Of a DNA stretch of 64,000 nucleotides, positions 11,490-24,525 are shown piece by piece. Location of the stretch: positions 8,494,001-8,558,000 of the forward strand of contig NC_086120.1 in the NCBI RefSeq assembly GCF_963921235.1, read 5' to 3'. The notes beneath the pieces were generated by a model, which was given only the letters and a program-made list of their open reading frames with translations, made no database searches and was not told the DNA's origin. Made by a program: the position numbers and the translations under genes. Each line of letters begins with the position of its first letter. Position 1 is the first letter of the stretch. This DNA comes from Mobula hypostoma. Its lineage: Eukaryota.

Positions 11490-12110
11490 CCACAGCACAG
11501 GAACTGCAGCGCTGGGTTTCTAATAGAGAAAACACACTCACTAAAACCCCACACTTCAATGAGCAAGACCCACTTTTCCCATCAAGCAGAGAAATCTCAC
11601 ACCGACCTTTTCCCAAGTTGCCCTTCGTTATTTGTGATATCTTTCTGCTTCCTGCAGAGGTAAAAGAATATTCAAGTAGTAATTTTATACCGAAAAAAGC
11701 CTTTAATCAAATATTACAGCATGAACTTCACTGTTCAATTGTTATTGGGTGATTTAGGGTCAGACGCAATCTCAGAATACAAGACTGTCCGTTTAGAACT
11801 GAGATGAAAAGGATTTTCTTCAGCCAGACGGGAGTGGATCTGTGGAACTCATTGCCACAGGCAGCGCTGGGGTCCAAGTCGTTACGATAATGACTTGGGA
11901 AATATGCCTTTTTAACAGCCGTTGACAGTTTCTTATTTAGTAAAGGCGTTATGGGGAGACGTCGGAAGAATGGGGTTGAGAGGAATAATAAATCAGCCAT
12001 GATGGAGCCGACTCGATGAGCTGAATAGCTTGTTTCTGCTCCAATATCCTGTGGCCTTACGGTAGAATTTACCAAAACACATCATGAGGCCATTCAGCCC
12101 AATTCAGTTT
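11490..12110. repeat. Partial paralog of the duplicated block, split by a CR1
   Basis: ggaactgcagc, gcagagaaatctcacacc, gtgatatct and aaaacacat..tgaggccattcagccc are shared with 15370-15625 and 34380-34600. Confidence 0.7.
11740..12065 (+). mobile_element. CR1 LINE 3' end
   Basis: Encodes PFRTEMKRIFFSQTGVDLWNSLP, followed by a CR1-type 3' UTR. Confidence 0.75.
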
Positions 12111-12339
12111 CGAGCAAAGCAACCCGATTGGCGCTCTATTTGTTTTCAAACATTCCATCAAGACGTAATATTACGAAGAAATTATATCAGTCAAGGGAAT
12201 CATATCTCACCAAACGTAAGATGTTATAGTTGTTTGACATCAAATATCCCAGTCCAAGGATATCACTGAGCAGTTCCTCATGCAACACATTCATCCTTCT
12301 TCTTCATCAATAACCTTCCTTCCACTGAAAGATCTCCAG

Positions 12340-13300
12340 AAGATGATACGGCATAGGAGCAGAACTAAGCCATTTGGCCCAGAGAATCTGCTCTGCCATG
12401 ATTGATAAATGTTCCTTCTCAATCCCATGTATACATGGTTGATTTATTACCCTCCTCATCGCCATTCTCCTGCCTATTCCCCTTAGCTTTGCTGTCCTTA
12501 CTAATCTATAACTTATCAATCTCTGCTGTAAATATACCCATTAATGTGGCCTCCACAGCTATCAGTGGCAATGAATTGCATATATTCACCAGTCTCTGGC
12601 TGAAGTTATCCCTCCACTTTACTGTCTAATCGATAGAATTTTTGTTCAGAGGCTCTAGTCCCTGGTCCTAGATTCTTCCACTCTTGGAAACATTCTCTCC
12701 GTGTCCACTCCACTAGTCCATTCAGTATTTGACAGCTTTCAATGAAATCCAACCTGTTCTTCTAAACTTCAGTGAGTACAAGTCCCGAACCATCAATCAT
12801 TCCTCATATGTTAATCCTTTCATTCCAGAGATCTTTCCCATGACAGCATTTCCAATTCCAGATAAGACCGCTCACAATACTCCTTGTGCAGTCTGACGAA
12901 ATGCGGTATGAAGCCTCAGCATTACATCTTGTTTTTGTATCGTAGTCTGCTCAATTTACTTTCAATAGTACTGACTCAACCTTTAAGTTAACCATTATGG
13001 AATCCTGCACGAGGACTCCCAAGTCTCTTTGCATGCCTGATTTCTGGATTAGTTCCTTGTTAAGAAAATTGTCTAAAAGCATGCATGACCTTACATTTCC
13101 TTTCACTGTCTTCTATCTGCTACTTCTATGCCCATTTTCCGAATCTTTTCAATTCCTTCTGCATACTCTCTACTTCCTCAGCACTTCATGCCTCTCCACC
13201 TATCCACAAACTTGGCCATAAAGCTATAAATTTCATCATCTACATCATTGACATAAAACATGAAAAGAAGTGGTCATAACATTAACCTCTTGTCAGAGCT
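12340..13300 (-). mobile_element. Degenerate CR1 LINE 3' part
   Basis: cataggagcagaactaagccatt end; similar to 49126-50000. Confidence 0.7.
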
Positions 13301-13864
13301 TCTGAATATCTAATTTAAAACAACTTACACTTACCCTCCTTTGTTTATCCTGCCTGGTATTTCCTCAAAGAATTCAAACAGAAATTTCTGCACGATTTCT
13401 CTTTTAGGAAACTATACTGACTTAACTCTCTTTTGTCATGAGTCTCCAGGTACTGCAAATTGTAACTTGTAAAAACGAAATTTAACATCTTGCAAGCTAC
13501 TCACGCAGACTTACTGGCATGTACGTTCCTGCCTTCTTGTTAGGGCATATTCTGAAGGTAAGGTATATTGCAAATATAGCAGTCTAAGTTGGTGAACATT
13601 TTTAAACTTAGCACACACTTGAATCTACATGAGTCAGTGGCCTCGGGATCACAAGGTATCACCAACACCGCAGAGAGATGAACTGTTAAATACAAAAGTA
13701 GTGTGGTGTGTATACGTGCATGTGTGCTTGTGTAAGAAACTAAACATTTCCGTGTTAATTTTGTGAGACAGGACAACCAGTTGTGACGGGTGGTTACTGG
13801 CAGTTCGAGATGACAATCAGATACATGTATACTTGTTTTGAAAACTGTATTTTGGAAAAGGCAT

Positions 13865-13868
<4 letters not shown>

Positions 13869-13913
<45 letters not shown>
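13869..13913. repeat. (GT)n microsatellite
   Basis: Directly visible. Confidence 0.95.
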
Positions 13914-13914
<1 letters not shown>

Positions 13915-15200
13915 TTTAATGATGCATCCATAACGTTGGTGTAACAGTTAGATGCAAAGGAATATAACAGGCATTTGTGCAGTACATAAGTTGCAGATTG
14001 CAGAATATGTACTCTGTGTGTAGTATGGAGTGTTTAATTTTTATCCACCATTTATATTGTATGTAGTGTGGGAATTAATGTGGAGATATTTGATGGAGAC
14101 ATTACACCCAGTTATATCTGTCAGGATGGCAGTGATTGAGGTCAGTGAATGTCAGGTTGAGATCCCTGAGAGTCAAGCCAGTCATAAACCTTGATTATGA
14201 CCATCCCTAAGTCAATCACCCTTGGAGAGAAGCAGAGGATTTTCTCAGATTTGTCCTCACCAACTTTTCCTGTACATCCATGAGAGTGTCCCAGAGACTA
14301 GTCATCAAGATTCTGACAATCCTTTGTAATGACATGAAATGTGAACTTTTGCCTGTGATGCTGATACACTTATGACCCTGATACATTCTCCTTCTGCTGG
14401 TGACCTGACCGAAGAGTAAGCAATAATAGCCACTGCTCAGTTTTACCCATCACAACACAAATTGGTGAAAGTAAAGAATGTGATTAGACTGCAATTAGCC
14501 AGCATGGAAGAAGGCAACAGGCACACAAACGATGAAGCTGCAGTTGAAAGACAGTTGGTCAAATTTCTGGAACAACCTCCTTTTAGTCTTGCAGGTAGTT
14601 ATTAGGGATGATAGTGTAAAAGTGGATGCATATAGGTACATGGGAAATGGGTTTGAAAATACAGAATACTTTTTTGTTGCCATATCTGATTAGATTCTCC
14701 TTCAGGCTTGGCCTTTGCTGGAACATTTTTTTTTGTGCAGGAGGACCAAGAGGAGAGTCTGTTAGGGCATATTCTAGAGTTAGGATAAATAGCAAGTATT
14801 GACTTTAACAACCAATCTTGACCTGAACATGGACTGGAGATTAAATTTTAAATGTAGACTTGGACAGTAGTTATCTGGAGCTATGGACACCAGTTAATTG
14901 AAAACCTGTCAATTCTGATTAACATTCATTTTGTGTGTGTGGAGTGTTGGTGCAAAGAAAGAGGTGTGAAAATTATATGTAATTCAAAGGAGGCATTGTA
15001 GATACATTGCAACTATAGAATTTTCTTGCTGCCGGATTCAATCCTTAAAATGTAAAAGGTCGTGTAATATCGAGCCAAACAGGCATCTTCCTCCACGCGT
15101 GCCTCATTTTATTCAATAGAACACTTCAGTAAACACAAACTTCAATATCTCTCTGATGACTTTGTTTGTAAAGCAACCATTCCTGACAGACAGTAAAAAC

Positions 15201-15255
15201 TCAGACTACCCCATCTTTAGCGATGTTGTCAGGAATTGGGTGTGTATTTAAATAC
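15201..15255 (-). other. Candidate terminal exon of an unidentified gene (YLNTHPIPDNIAKDGVV*)
   Basis: tgttgtag|G acceptor, 55 nt to TGA, minus-strand AATAAA at 15108-15113; same-length paralog at 34211-34265 (YSNIHRDTDNSTEHRVI*). Confidence 0.35.
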
Positions 15256-15749
15256 CTACAACAGCAGCAGCAAATTCAGCAGCATGCTCGCATGCAGGAT
15301 ACATTTTCTTTACTGAGTGCTCCCTCATTCACTGTGTTAATTTGGAGCTCAGGTTCAGTTTCCGACAACACTGGAACTGCAGCCCAGGATTCCTGGGAAG
15401 GAAAACACATTCAACAAATATGACAATGGCCAAGACCTACCAATCGCACAGAGAAATCTCACACCAATTTCTTCCCAATTAGTGATATCTCAGTACTCAC
15501 AGCAGGTGGAAAATAAACATAATTTGAGGTAATATTACTGAAAAAAAAATCAGTAAATCAAATAATACAGCAGAAGCTGTGTAGTCATTATTTAGTAAAA
15601 CACATACTGAGGCCATTCAGCCCACTGGGTCTATATAAGCTCCCAACAGAGTAGCTACATTAATGTCACGTCCATTCCCTCACATTCCCTAAAGCACCCT
15701 TTGATTCTTTTCCTGCTTCATTACATAGAGAGGCAGGTTACAGTACCTC

Positions 15750-16980
15750 AGAAACATAGAAATATAGAAAACCTACAGCACAATACAGGCCCTTCGGCCC
15801 ACAAAGCCGTACCAAACATGTTCTTACCTTAAAACAACATAGGCTTACCTATAGCACTCTGTTTTCCTAAGCTCCATGTACCTATGCAGGAGTCTCTTAA
15901 AAGACCCTATCGTTTCCACCTCCACCATCACTGCTGGCAGCCTATTCCACGCACTCACCACTTTTTTGCGTAAAAAAACATACCCCTGAAATCTTTATCA
16001 GGTCACGTCTCATCCTCCGTTGCTCCAAGGAGTAAAAGTCGAATTCACTCAACCTATTCTCATAAGGCATGCTCCCCAATCCAGGCAATATCCTGATAAA
16101 TCTCCTCTACACCCTTTCCATGGTTTCCACGGCTTTCCTGTAGTGAGGTGACCAGAATAGAGCACAGTACTCCAAGTGCGATCTGACCAGGGTCCTATAT
16201 AGCTGCAACATTATCTCTCGGCTCTTAAACTCAATTCCATGATTGATCAAAGCCAATGCATCGTATGCCTTCTTATCCACAGAGTCAACCTGCATAGCAG
16301 CTTTGAAAGTCATATGGACTTGGACCCCAAGAACTCTCTGATCCTTCACACTGCCAAGAGTCTTGCCATCATATTTGACCTACCAAAATGAACCACCTCA
16401 CACTTATCTGGGTTGAACTCCATCTGCCACTTCTCAGCCCAGTTTTGCATTCTATCGATGTCCCACTGTAACCTTTGACAGTTCTCCAAACTATCCTCAA
16501 AACCCCAACCTTTTTGTCACCAGCAAATTTACAAACCCATCCCTCCACTTCCTCATCCAGGTCACTTATAAAAATCACAAAGAGTACGGGTCCCAGAACA
16601 GACCCCTGAGGCACACCACTGGTCGTCAACATCCATGCAGAATATGACTGGTCCACTATCACACTTGGTCTTCTGTTGGCAACACAGTTCCAGATCCACA
16701 ACGCAATGTCCACTTGGATCTCATGCCTCCGTACTTTCTCAATATTTCTTAATAAGACTTGAATGGGGTACCTTATCAAATGCCTTGCTAAAATCCATAT
16801 ACACTAAATCTATGGCTCTAGCTTCATCAATGTGCTCAGTCACATCCTCAAAAAAATCATTCAGGCTCGTAAGACACGACCTGACTTTGACAAACCAGGC
16901 TAACTATTCCTAATCATATAATGCCTCTCCAAATGTTCATAATCCTGCCTCTCAGGATCTTCGCCATCAACTGACCAATC
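15750..16980 (-). mobile_element. CR1 LINE (RT 3' half), 5'-truncated
   Basis: agaaacatagaaa tail; SGVPQGSVLGPVLFVIFISDLD, KFAGD, LVRSHLEYCALFWSPHYRK. Confidence 0.9.
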
Positions 16981-17247
16981 AACCTTGTCAATATTGAGCA
17001 AGCAAAATTGAGCATCACTGGAAAATTCAAGTGCTCAGAAAGAATACAGACAAATTTCACATGGACAAGCTCAGGATCAATTCCAGGTCACTGAATCCAT
17101 GAGGTATCTCATTGCATTGCATACCTCATGTACTACCTAATCATGTGTGTGCCTATCCTCCCAATGCATGGCCCACTTCTCCTGTTGGAAGTAAATGGGG
17201 ATGATCAGGAACTTGGGAGGCCCTCGGATTGGAAAGTTCTCATTTAC

Positions 17248-17378
17248 TCTGCGCCATTTTGCATTAAACAGGTACATTCCAAACTCGTGGGCTGGTCAAT
17301 TGTGGGATAACAATTGAAGTGACAATGGGGATAGAGGAATGACAGCAAATTTATTGCACACCACTCTCCAGCCAAATA
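17248..17378 (-). other. Candidate penultimate exon of the same gene (..NCYPTIDQPTSLECTCLMQNGA-E)
   Basis: ttcttcag| acceptor (alternative gaccag| at 17291) and CAGA|GTAAAT donor; paralogs at 34969-35091 and 56937-57067 keep the outer acceptor and the donor; phase fits 15201-15255. Confidence 0.4.
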
Positions 17379-17879
17379 CTGAAGAACAAAATTTCCCAGC
17401 GGATTGTAACAAAGAGGATTGTGCAGGTGGTGAAATTCAGCATGGTTATGGTGTCTCAGCATAGCTGGTACCATTATAGATTAGAGGGGACTGAGTTTCA
17501 CTGCAAGGCTTCTTCATCAGCATCATTGCAAAAATACCTACACCATCTGAAAGGTTGAGAGAGATCAACACATGTTCAGTGAGGTTTATGACTAAGTCCA
17601 ATGATATTAGCAAACAAATGTGGACACTAAAATTGCTCTCATACAGACTGTGTCCTTATAACCTCAGTCTAATCATCAGTCTCTCTGACTATTAGAACAC
17701 TGGAGATGGGAACAGGACCAGTTCATACGGTCTCTCCATCCTGCTCCATATTTTAGTCAGGTCATGGTTACATAATCTCGGTCTCGACTGCACCTTATCA
17801 CAGACTTGGGTTTGTACTATAGTTCGGTTTACACACAGCCATGAATCTCTTCAATGGCTCAGCTTCTAATGGAAGAAAA

Positions 17880-19100
17880 TTGCAAAGATCCATTTTGTCT
17901 CTGGATTTTTAAAAAATGTGCGGAGGTTGACAGTTCCCCTGAGTCTGGGCAGGTATATCCAAGAACAGCATGGCTGGGTAGAGAAGAAATTAGGAGCCTT
18001 GGTTGAGATACTATTTCCACTGATAGGCAAGCCTAGAACTAGGGGGCATAGGATGAAGATGAGGAACTGCTTTCCCAAAAAGTGTTGAATCAGTGGAGTT
18101 CTCTGCCCAATGAGGTAGTGGGGTTTACCTCACTAAATACATTTAATACAAGGTTGGATAGATTTTTACTTAGTAGAGTAATTAAGAGTTATGGAGAAAA
18201 GGCAGGTGGAGATTAGTTCAAGGTCAGATCAGCCATGATTTTAGTGAATGGCAGAGCAGGCTCGACAGGCCAGATGCCCTACTGCTGCTCCTATTTCTTA
18301 TGTTCTTGTTTGATTCATCATTATCAACAGTGAAGTGCCAGTAAGTTGACTGTATGGTAGCCAACAAAGTGGAGGATTGTCTCTCGACCTGGTAGCCTAT
18401 GATTAAGAGTGTGCCTCGGGGGATGGTGCTAGGCCCATTGATGTTTGGCATCTCTATCAAACAATTTGAACAAGACCAGACAAGGCATGATTAACAAGTT
18501 TGCAGTTGACAGTAAAATAGGTGGTATAGTAGGCAATGAAGAAGATCAATCAGATATACAGGGGCAGCTTGATCAGCTGGGGAAGTGAGATGGAGGATGT
18601 GAAATGGAGTTTAATTTGGCTAAGTACAAGGTATTCCATTTTTCAAGAGAAAATATGGATAGGTCTTTCACATAAATGTGATTATTGTTGAACAGAGCTC
18701 CCGTGGAGTGCAAGTACAAGGTTAATTGAAAGGATAGTCACCGTTAGACTAGGTGGCAAAGACGATTTTTGGCACTATGGATTTCATTTGACATGACTTT
18801 CAGTATATAAGTTGGAAGGCCACGGTGCAGTTTTACAGGATATTCCTGTCATTATACTTGAGTACAAATTTGATTGCCCTGCTAAAAGAAAATATGATGA
18901 AACTGAAAAAAGTGCAGACAGGATTTACATGTTGCCAGGACTTGAGTAACTGTGTTATCGGGAGAAGTTAGTCAGGTTAGAACTGAAAGGTAATCAGATG
19001 GAGATAAAGATACAGATCATGAAAGACATAGATAGGGTGAATGCACTCAGCCATTTTTTTACAAATTTTGTGAATTAAGAACAAGAGGACATGAGTTTAA
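17880..19100 (+). mobile_element. Two degenerate CR1 fragments
   Basis: CR1 3' UTR ending cctatttcttatgttctt at ~18307; older RT fragment 18340-19100. Confidence 0.7.
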
Positions 19101-22100
19101 TGTCAGAGGGAACACCTGTCACAACAGTGCTGGAGCTCATCACCAGCAATACTGGAAAAATGAGCCTTGAGAACACAGGTTCAATTTTGGAAAGTGTAAC
19201 TCAATTCACAATGCTCAACACTTTCACAGCAGCCAAACATTTCAGTAAACCAATAATCCACTTTTCAATATTACTGGCTAATAACCATGCCAGCCAATCA
19301 ATTATATTGGTCAAAACCATTATCAAGTCTGCATTCATGATATAGTCATCAGTCATCGAGATTTGACCCCATCTATAATTTATAGATTTGCCGGTTTCAG
19401 TGCTGTGCAATTGCTCAGCAAAAGGAGGTGTATGACGCTCCTTCCATCTGATAGCCTGCAGGTCACCCTTGGCAAGGTGTAGCTCCTGTTTAGCCTCCCA
19501 ATCAAGGTCAACGTGAAGCCATGGTTTTCAGGTGGTGGATGGCTTTGCAAGCAGATTCTACAAATGGAATTTACGGTAGTAAAATTAAAAACGCTGGGCA
19601 GATGAATCTGCTGATCAATGGTCAGGGTTACCCGTCCAGGATGGACACTGCAACTGAAGAAGGCAACGGGAAACCACTTCAGTACACCTCCCTTGTACAA
19701 TCATCAACTCAAATCAACTGTGTTCTCAGCTCAAAGATGTGAATGGACCCTTCACCGAATGAGCCTCATCCAGTAGAGGATCTCATGAGCCATAGGTGAA
19801 CCTCACAGTTATCCAGCAACTGTCGGCAGATCAAAAGCAAAAACGATCAGACTAGCAACCTGGAATGTAAGAACTCTTAACAAACCTGATAAACTAGACA
19901 ACATCAAACAGGAAATGGAAAGATTAAAAATCAACATCTTGGGAGTGAGCGAGATGAGGTGGAAAGGAGCTGGTAAAACAAGCTCAGAGGGATATACCAT
20001 CAGTTATTCAGGAGGAGAAATACATGAAAAAGGTGCTGGAATTATGTTAGGTGAAGAACATGCAAATCAATACAAGGTTATTGGACTATTCCAGATGAAA
20101 TGTTGCTATGGAAAATACATGCAAAATATTTTGACATTAAGATCATTGAAGTTTACGCCCCAACAGCAGACAGCAGTGAAGAGAGCATCGATCAATCTTA
20201 TGACGCACTCGAAACAGCATTAAGACAATGTAAATCTCAGAAAACACCATTATTCAAGTTGACTTCAACGCAAAAGTAGTCAAGACCAGGGACGACGACA
20301 ATATTGGGCATTTCGGCAATGGTGAGGGAAATGAGCGAAGTGAACGACTAGCGACATGGGTGACAGAAAATGATGATATAATTGGTAATACCGTCTTCAA
20401 GCAACACCCGAGAAAACTATACACATGGAAGAGCACAGGGGATAATACCAGAAACCAAATTGATTTCGTGCTTATAAGGAGAAGATAGAAAAATGCTCTG
20501 AAATCATGCAAACATATCCGGGTGCAGACTGCTACAGTGATCATGTACCAATAATCAGCGTGATGTACCTGAGACTCAGAAAGCTTAATAGACCAAAAGT
20601 AGAACCGAAACTGAATTTGGGACCTTTGAGAAAAAAAACAGTGACATCAAAAATGAATTCCAAATAACTGTGAAGAACAAATTCAAGGCTATACAAAACG
20701 TCACTATTGCAGAACAGCAATGGAAAAACCTCAGAGACAGCATAACACAAGCAGCACAAGAGGTGATTCGCAAACAACAGAAAAAAGCTAAAAAGAAATG
20801 GATGACAGAAGAAATTCTGAATCTTATGGAACAAAGAAAATGTAAGGAAAACGGAAAAGCATGCATGCACAGATAACAACTAAGTGCAAGGAAGCAAAAG
20901 AAAAGTGGCTTAAGGACAAATATGAGTTAATAGAACAATTGCAGAAGACCAACAACAGCAAATGTATGCGCAACAGGATCAAAGAGGTCACATATTGGAA
21001 GAAAAGTGGGACAAAAACAAAATGTACAAAAGCAAAAGACGGCTCTACAATTATGGAAAAAGGAAAAATAATGCAAAGATGGTCAGAATACATCAAAGAC
21101 CTATACAACAAAAAAAACCGTGAGGACAACTTTGAGACTGGCAACAACAACGAGGGCCCAGCAATACTGAAAGAAGAAGTGGAGCATGCTCTGAAGAAAA
21201 TGCGAAAGGGAAAATCATCAGGACCAGATAAAATTCCGGTTAAACTGCATGAAGTGCCAGGAGATTTTGGTGGAGAGAAATTAACTCTTATTAAATAGAA
21301 TACACAACAGTGACAAAGTACCAGATGATATTTAACAGACAGTATTCATTGCACTGCCAAAGAAACCAGATGTAACAGCGTGTGGACAACACAGAACAGT
21401 AAGCTTAATTAGCCACCTCACAAAAATTCTACTTAGAATTGTCATGCTCAGAATAAGAAACAAAATTAAACCAGAGATCAGTGAAGAACAGTGCGGCTTT
21501 GTAGAAGACAAGGGAATGTAAAACACCAATTATATTCTCAGGAACATTGTCGAAAGGTCAATAGAAGTACTACAAGATCTATACTTCTGTTTCATTGACT
21601 ACACAAAAGCCTTTGGCACGGTGAAATACCAAGTCATCATGAAAATACTTAAAGATATTAATATCGACGGAAAAGATCTGAGAATAATCAGGAATCTCTA
21701 CCGGCAAAAAAGTGCAGCCATACGGATAAAGAACGAGATTGGTGAATACCAGCCAATAAAGCGAGGAGGTAGACAGTGTTCTGTTCTATCACCAGATCTG
21801 TTCTCCCTGTATAGTGAAAACATCATGAGAACCATACAAGACCTACTTGGAATAAGTACAGGAGGATACAATATCAACAGCCTCCGCTATGTGGATGATA
21901 CAGTACTAATAGCAAATAGTGAAGTGACTTTACAGAAACTAGTATCTACCATCAACACAGAGAGCGAAAATCTTGACCTAACCTTAAACAAAAAGAAAAC
22001 TGAAGTAATGGTAATATCAAAGAAACCCGATATCCCAAACTGTAGGATCGCTTTGGGAAATGATATACTGAAATATGTTCAGAACTTCAATTACCTTGGA

Positions 22101-22769
22101 TTATGGGTAACATCTGATGGCAAAGGCGAAACAGAAAAGAATAGCAATGAGAAGAACAGCATTTACAGAAATGAGAAACATCCTAACGAACAACAAAAGA
22201 GCAATTGAAATCCGCCTTGGAACTCTCAGCTGCTACATTCTTCCTATAATGATATATGGCTGCGAAGTCATGGACCATCACAAATGTAATGGAAAAAACG
22301 ATCAAGGCAGCAGAGATGTGGTTCCTCAGAAGAATGCTATGCATATCATATACGGACAGGATAACCAACAAAGAAGTTCTACAGAGAATGAAAGCAAAAC
22401 ATATATTACTTTAAAAAAATCAGAAGAAAGCAATCAAAATTCTTTGGACACATCATGCGAAGAGGGGTATGAGAACATTGAGTTGCAACTGGAAAGCTGG
22501 AAGGAAAAAGAAGCAGAGGCAGGCAGAGAAGGAAAATGATAGATGGAATAACATCATGGTTAGAATCAGTAGAGGCAACAACTACAATTCGGAAATCAGG
22601 AACAGTGATAGATGGAGAGACATGATCGCCCACGTCGAACGGCAAGGCACCTGAATGCTGATGATTATTTCTGGAGTTATTTTGCAGTTTCTGAAATACG
22701 TCTTGTAAGTACATGCTTTACCAAAGCTAGATGGGAAGACAACATCATAACTTCAAAAATCTCATCCAT
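19100..22769 (-). pseudogene. USP35: USP35-like processed pseudogene, copy 1 (split by an RTE LINE)
   Basis: 22769-22677 encodes MDEIFEVMMLSSHLALVKHVLTRRISETAK* (USP35 MDKILEAVVTSSYPVSVKQGLVRRVLEAAR); 19410-19100 encodes IIDWLAWLLASNIEKWIIGLLKCLAAVKVLSIVN*VTLSKIEPVFSRL (USP35 MIDWVSWPLGKNIDKWIIALLKGLAAVKKFSILIEVSLTKIEKVFSKL, from memory). Confidence 0.75.
19420..22668 (+). mobile_element. RTE (BovB-like) LINE, near full length, disrupted
   Basis: Endonuclease ATWNVRTL..LGVSEMRWKGAG; RT HRTVSLISHLTKILL, IDYTKAF, RYVDDTVL; tgatgat tail; many stops and frameshifts. Confidence 0.9.
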
Positions 22770-22909
22770 GTCTTTTCAATTCTGTTTTCTACAATAAATT
22801 AAAGCTTTCAAGCTTCATTTACATCAAGGTTTCTAATCAACAAACATTCAATTTTCTGTATGATTTCCATGAAAACGTACAAGCTGAGATCATTTCAAAC
22901 AATTATCAT

Positions 22910-24067
22910 TGTCATGGTCTAGTCCGTGAAGTCTGCATTCCAGTCCACGGTCCGATCCGTTGACCCTTGTTCAGGGTTTTCCTGTTTTCTCCCTTGTTCT
23001 GTTGAGTGCATCAACTGCGGCACCAGTTTCTCATTTTGGGCTGGCAACATTAATAGCTCCTTGGTTGAGCTTCATTTGCTGAACTGTTCCCTTCCCTTCT
23101 CCTTCCGACTGAACCCTCACCTGCAACCTTCACCTGAAGCCGTGCTGCAACCTCGCCTGCGTCCTCGCCTGTAACACTGTCAAGTTCAACCACCGGAGCA
23201 AGACCAGGGTCTTGCTGTGTCAAGATGAGGTCCAGTCTGTCGTTGTTTGGAATTGTCCCTTTGTGACCTCGCCTTCGCTAGGTAGGTCTGGCCGTTTGCC
23301 ACTACATTGTGTTGTGAACCGTCTTTTTGTGTCTTCGCCTCCGCTGGGTAGGTCTGGCTGATTACCGCTACCCTGAGTGGAGAACTGTCTGTTTGTGTTC
23401 CGTGTACCGTATATAGAAAGAGCCCCGGCCCTTGGCCCTGTTCCCAAGGAGGGGGTCCTGGCTCTGTGTGCTGCGTATGAGTCCTGTCCCTACGTCCTGC
23501 TCCCAAGGAGGGGTCCCGCCTCTTTGTTCCATGTTGTTGTCTCCCAAGTCCAAGACAAGGCTTCATGCTCTCATCCTGTCCATGAGCCTCACCCAGCCCA
23601 GGAGTACCTCGCCCAGCCCTGTGCTGGTGATCCCTCGTCCATTGCTGGAGTTCCCTCGTCCTGTCCAGGAATCTCTTGTCCTGTCCAAGCCATGTCCAAG
23701 CACCTCGTCCTGTGCTGGTGTACCTTGTACTGTACTTAAGCCACGTCCAGTCCTGTAGCCACGTCTCCTCCTCGCCTAGATCTGGGGTCCGAGCCCGAGT
23801 CAAGATCCAGGTTCCGGGTCCCTGTCCAGTCATGGCTCGGAGCCCTAGATCAGGCTCCTTGTTCCTAGTTCTTTGTCCGGGTTCTGTGTTTTTTTTCCAT
23901 ATCATAGCCCAGGCCCTGCAGCCAAGTCTCGTCCAGGGCCTGCATCAATGTCCAGCAGCCTTTCTTCACCACTTTCCCTGCTTTCTTGTCAAACCTGGAC
24001 CTGTTCCTAGTACTTTAGTGTCTGTGTCTTGCATTTGGATTCACGACCAATGCCCCCCCTTATGACA
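22910..24067. mobile_element. Solo-LTR-like element with 5-bp TSD
   Basis: TGTCAT..ATGACA termini; ATCAT at 22905-22909 and 24068-24072; internal short tandem repeats. Confidence 0.7.
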
Positions 24068-24299
24068 ATCATACAGACACAGAGAGGGAAGACAGTGCCA
24101 CCACCATAAGTTAGTAACTCCACAACTACTGGAATAATCCTCCATAGGTTGCCTCTCAGAAGCAGACAATACCGGGCATTCCCAGGGAAGGATATCTGCT
24201 CGACAGTAAATTGACATTCCAATCATAGTCCCAATGTGGAAATTCGTAGTGGATCCCCTCTTGCTTATGAGAAGTAAAATGAAAATATCATTACACTGC

Positions 24300-24525
24300 A
24301 AAGAGTGCAGAAAGGATTTCCCATGTGCTAGACTTGAGGGACTGAGTTATGGGCAGATATCAGTCAGGTTAGAACTATGATGTGATCAGATAGAGGTTTA
24401 TAAGGTCATGAAGGGCATACATAGGGTGAAGGAAATCAGAGCATTCTTGTCAACAACTGCAAACATTTTTTTTTACAAGTTTTGTGAATTAAGAACAAAA
24501 AGGCAGAAGTTTAACGGGGGAGGAA
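24300..24525 (+). repeat. CR1 fragment duplicated together with the USP35-like piece
   Basis: Matches 18905-19110 (gtcaggttagaact, gatagggtgaa, ttttgtgaattaagaacaa). Confidence 0.7.

Noticed and set aside
14150-14740. Possible fourth, very degenerate USP35-like piece (AISD*ILLQAWPL versus AISRMIDWVSWPL)
   Set aside because: Only about half the bases match over ~33 nt and several indels are needed; could be pattern over-fitting. A profile search would decide.
23186-23905. 239-aa minus-strand ORF
   Set aside because: Lies entirely within the repetitive solo-LTR-like element; low-complexity translation.
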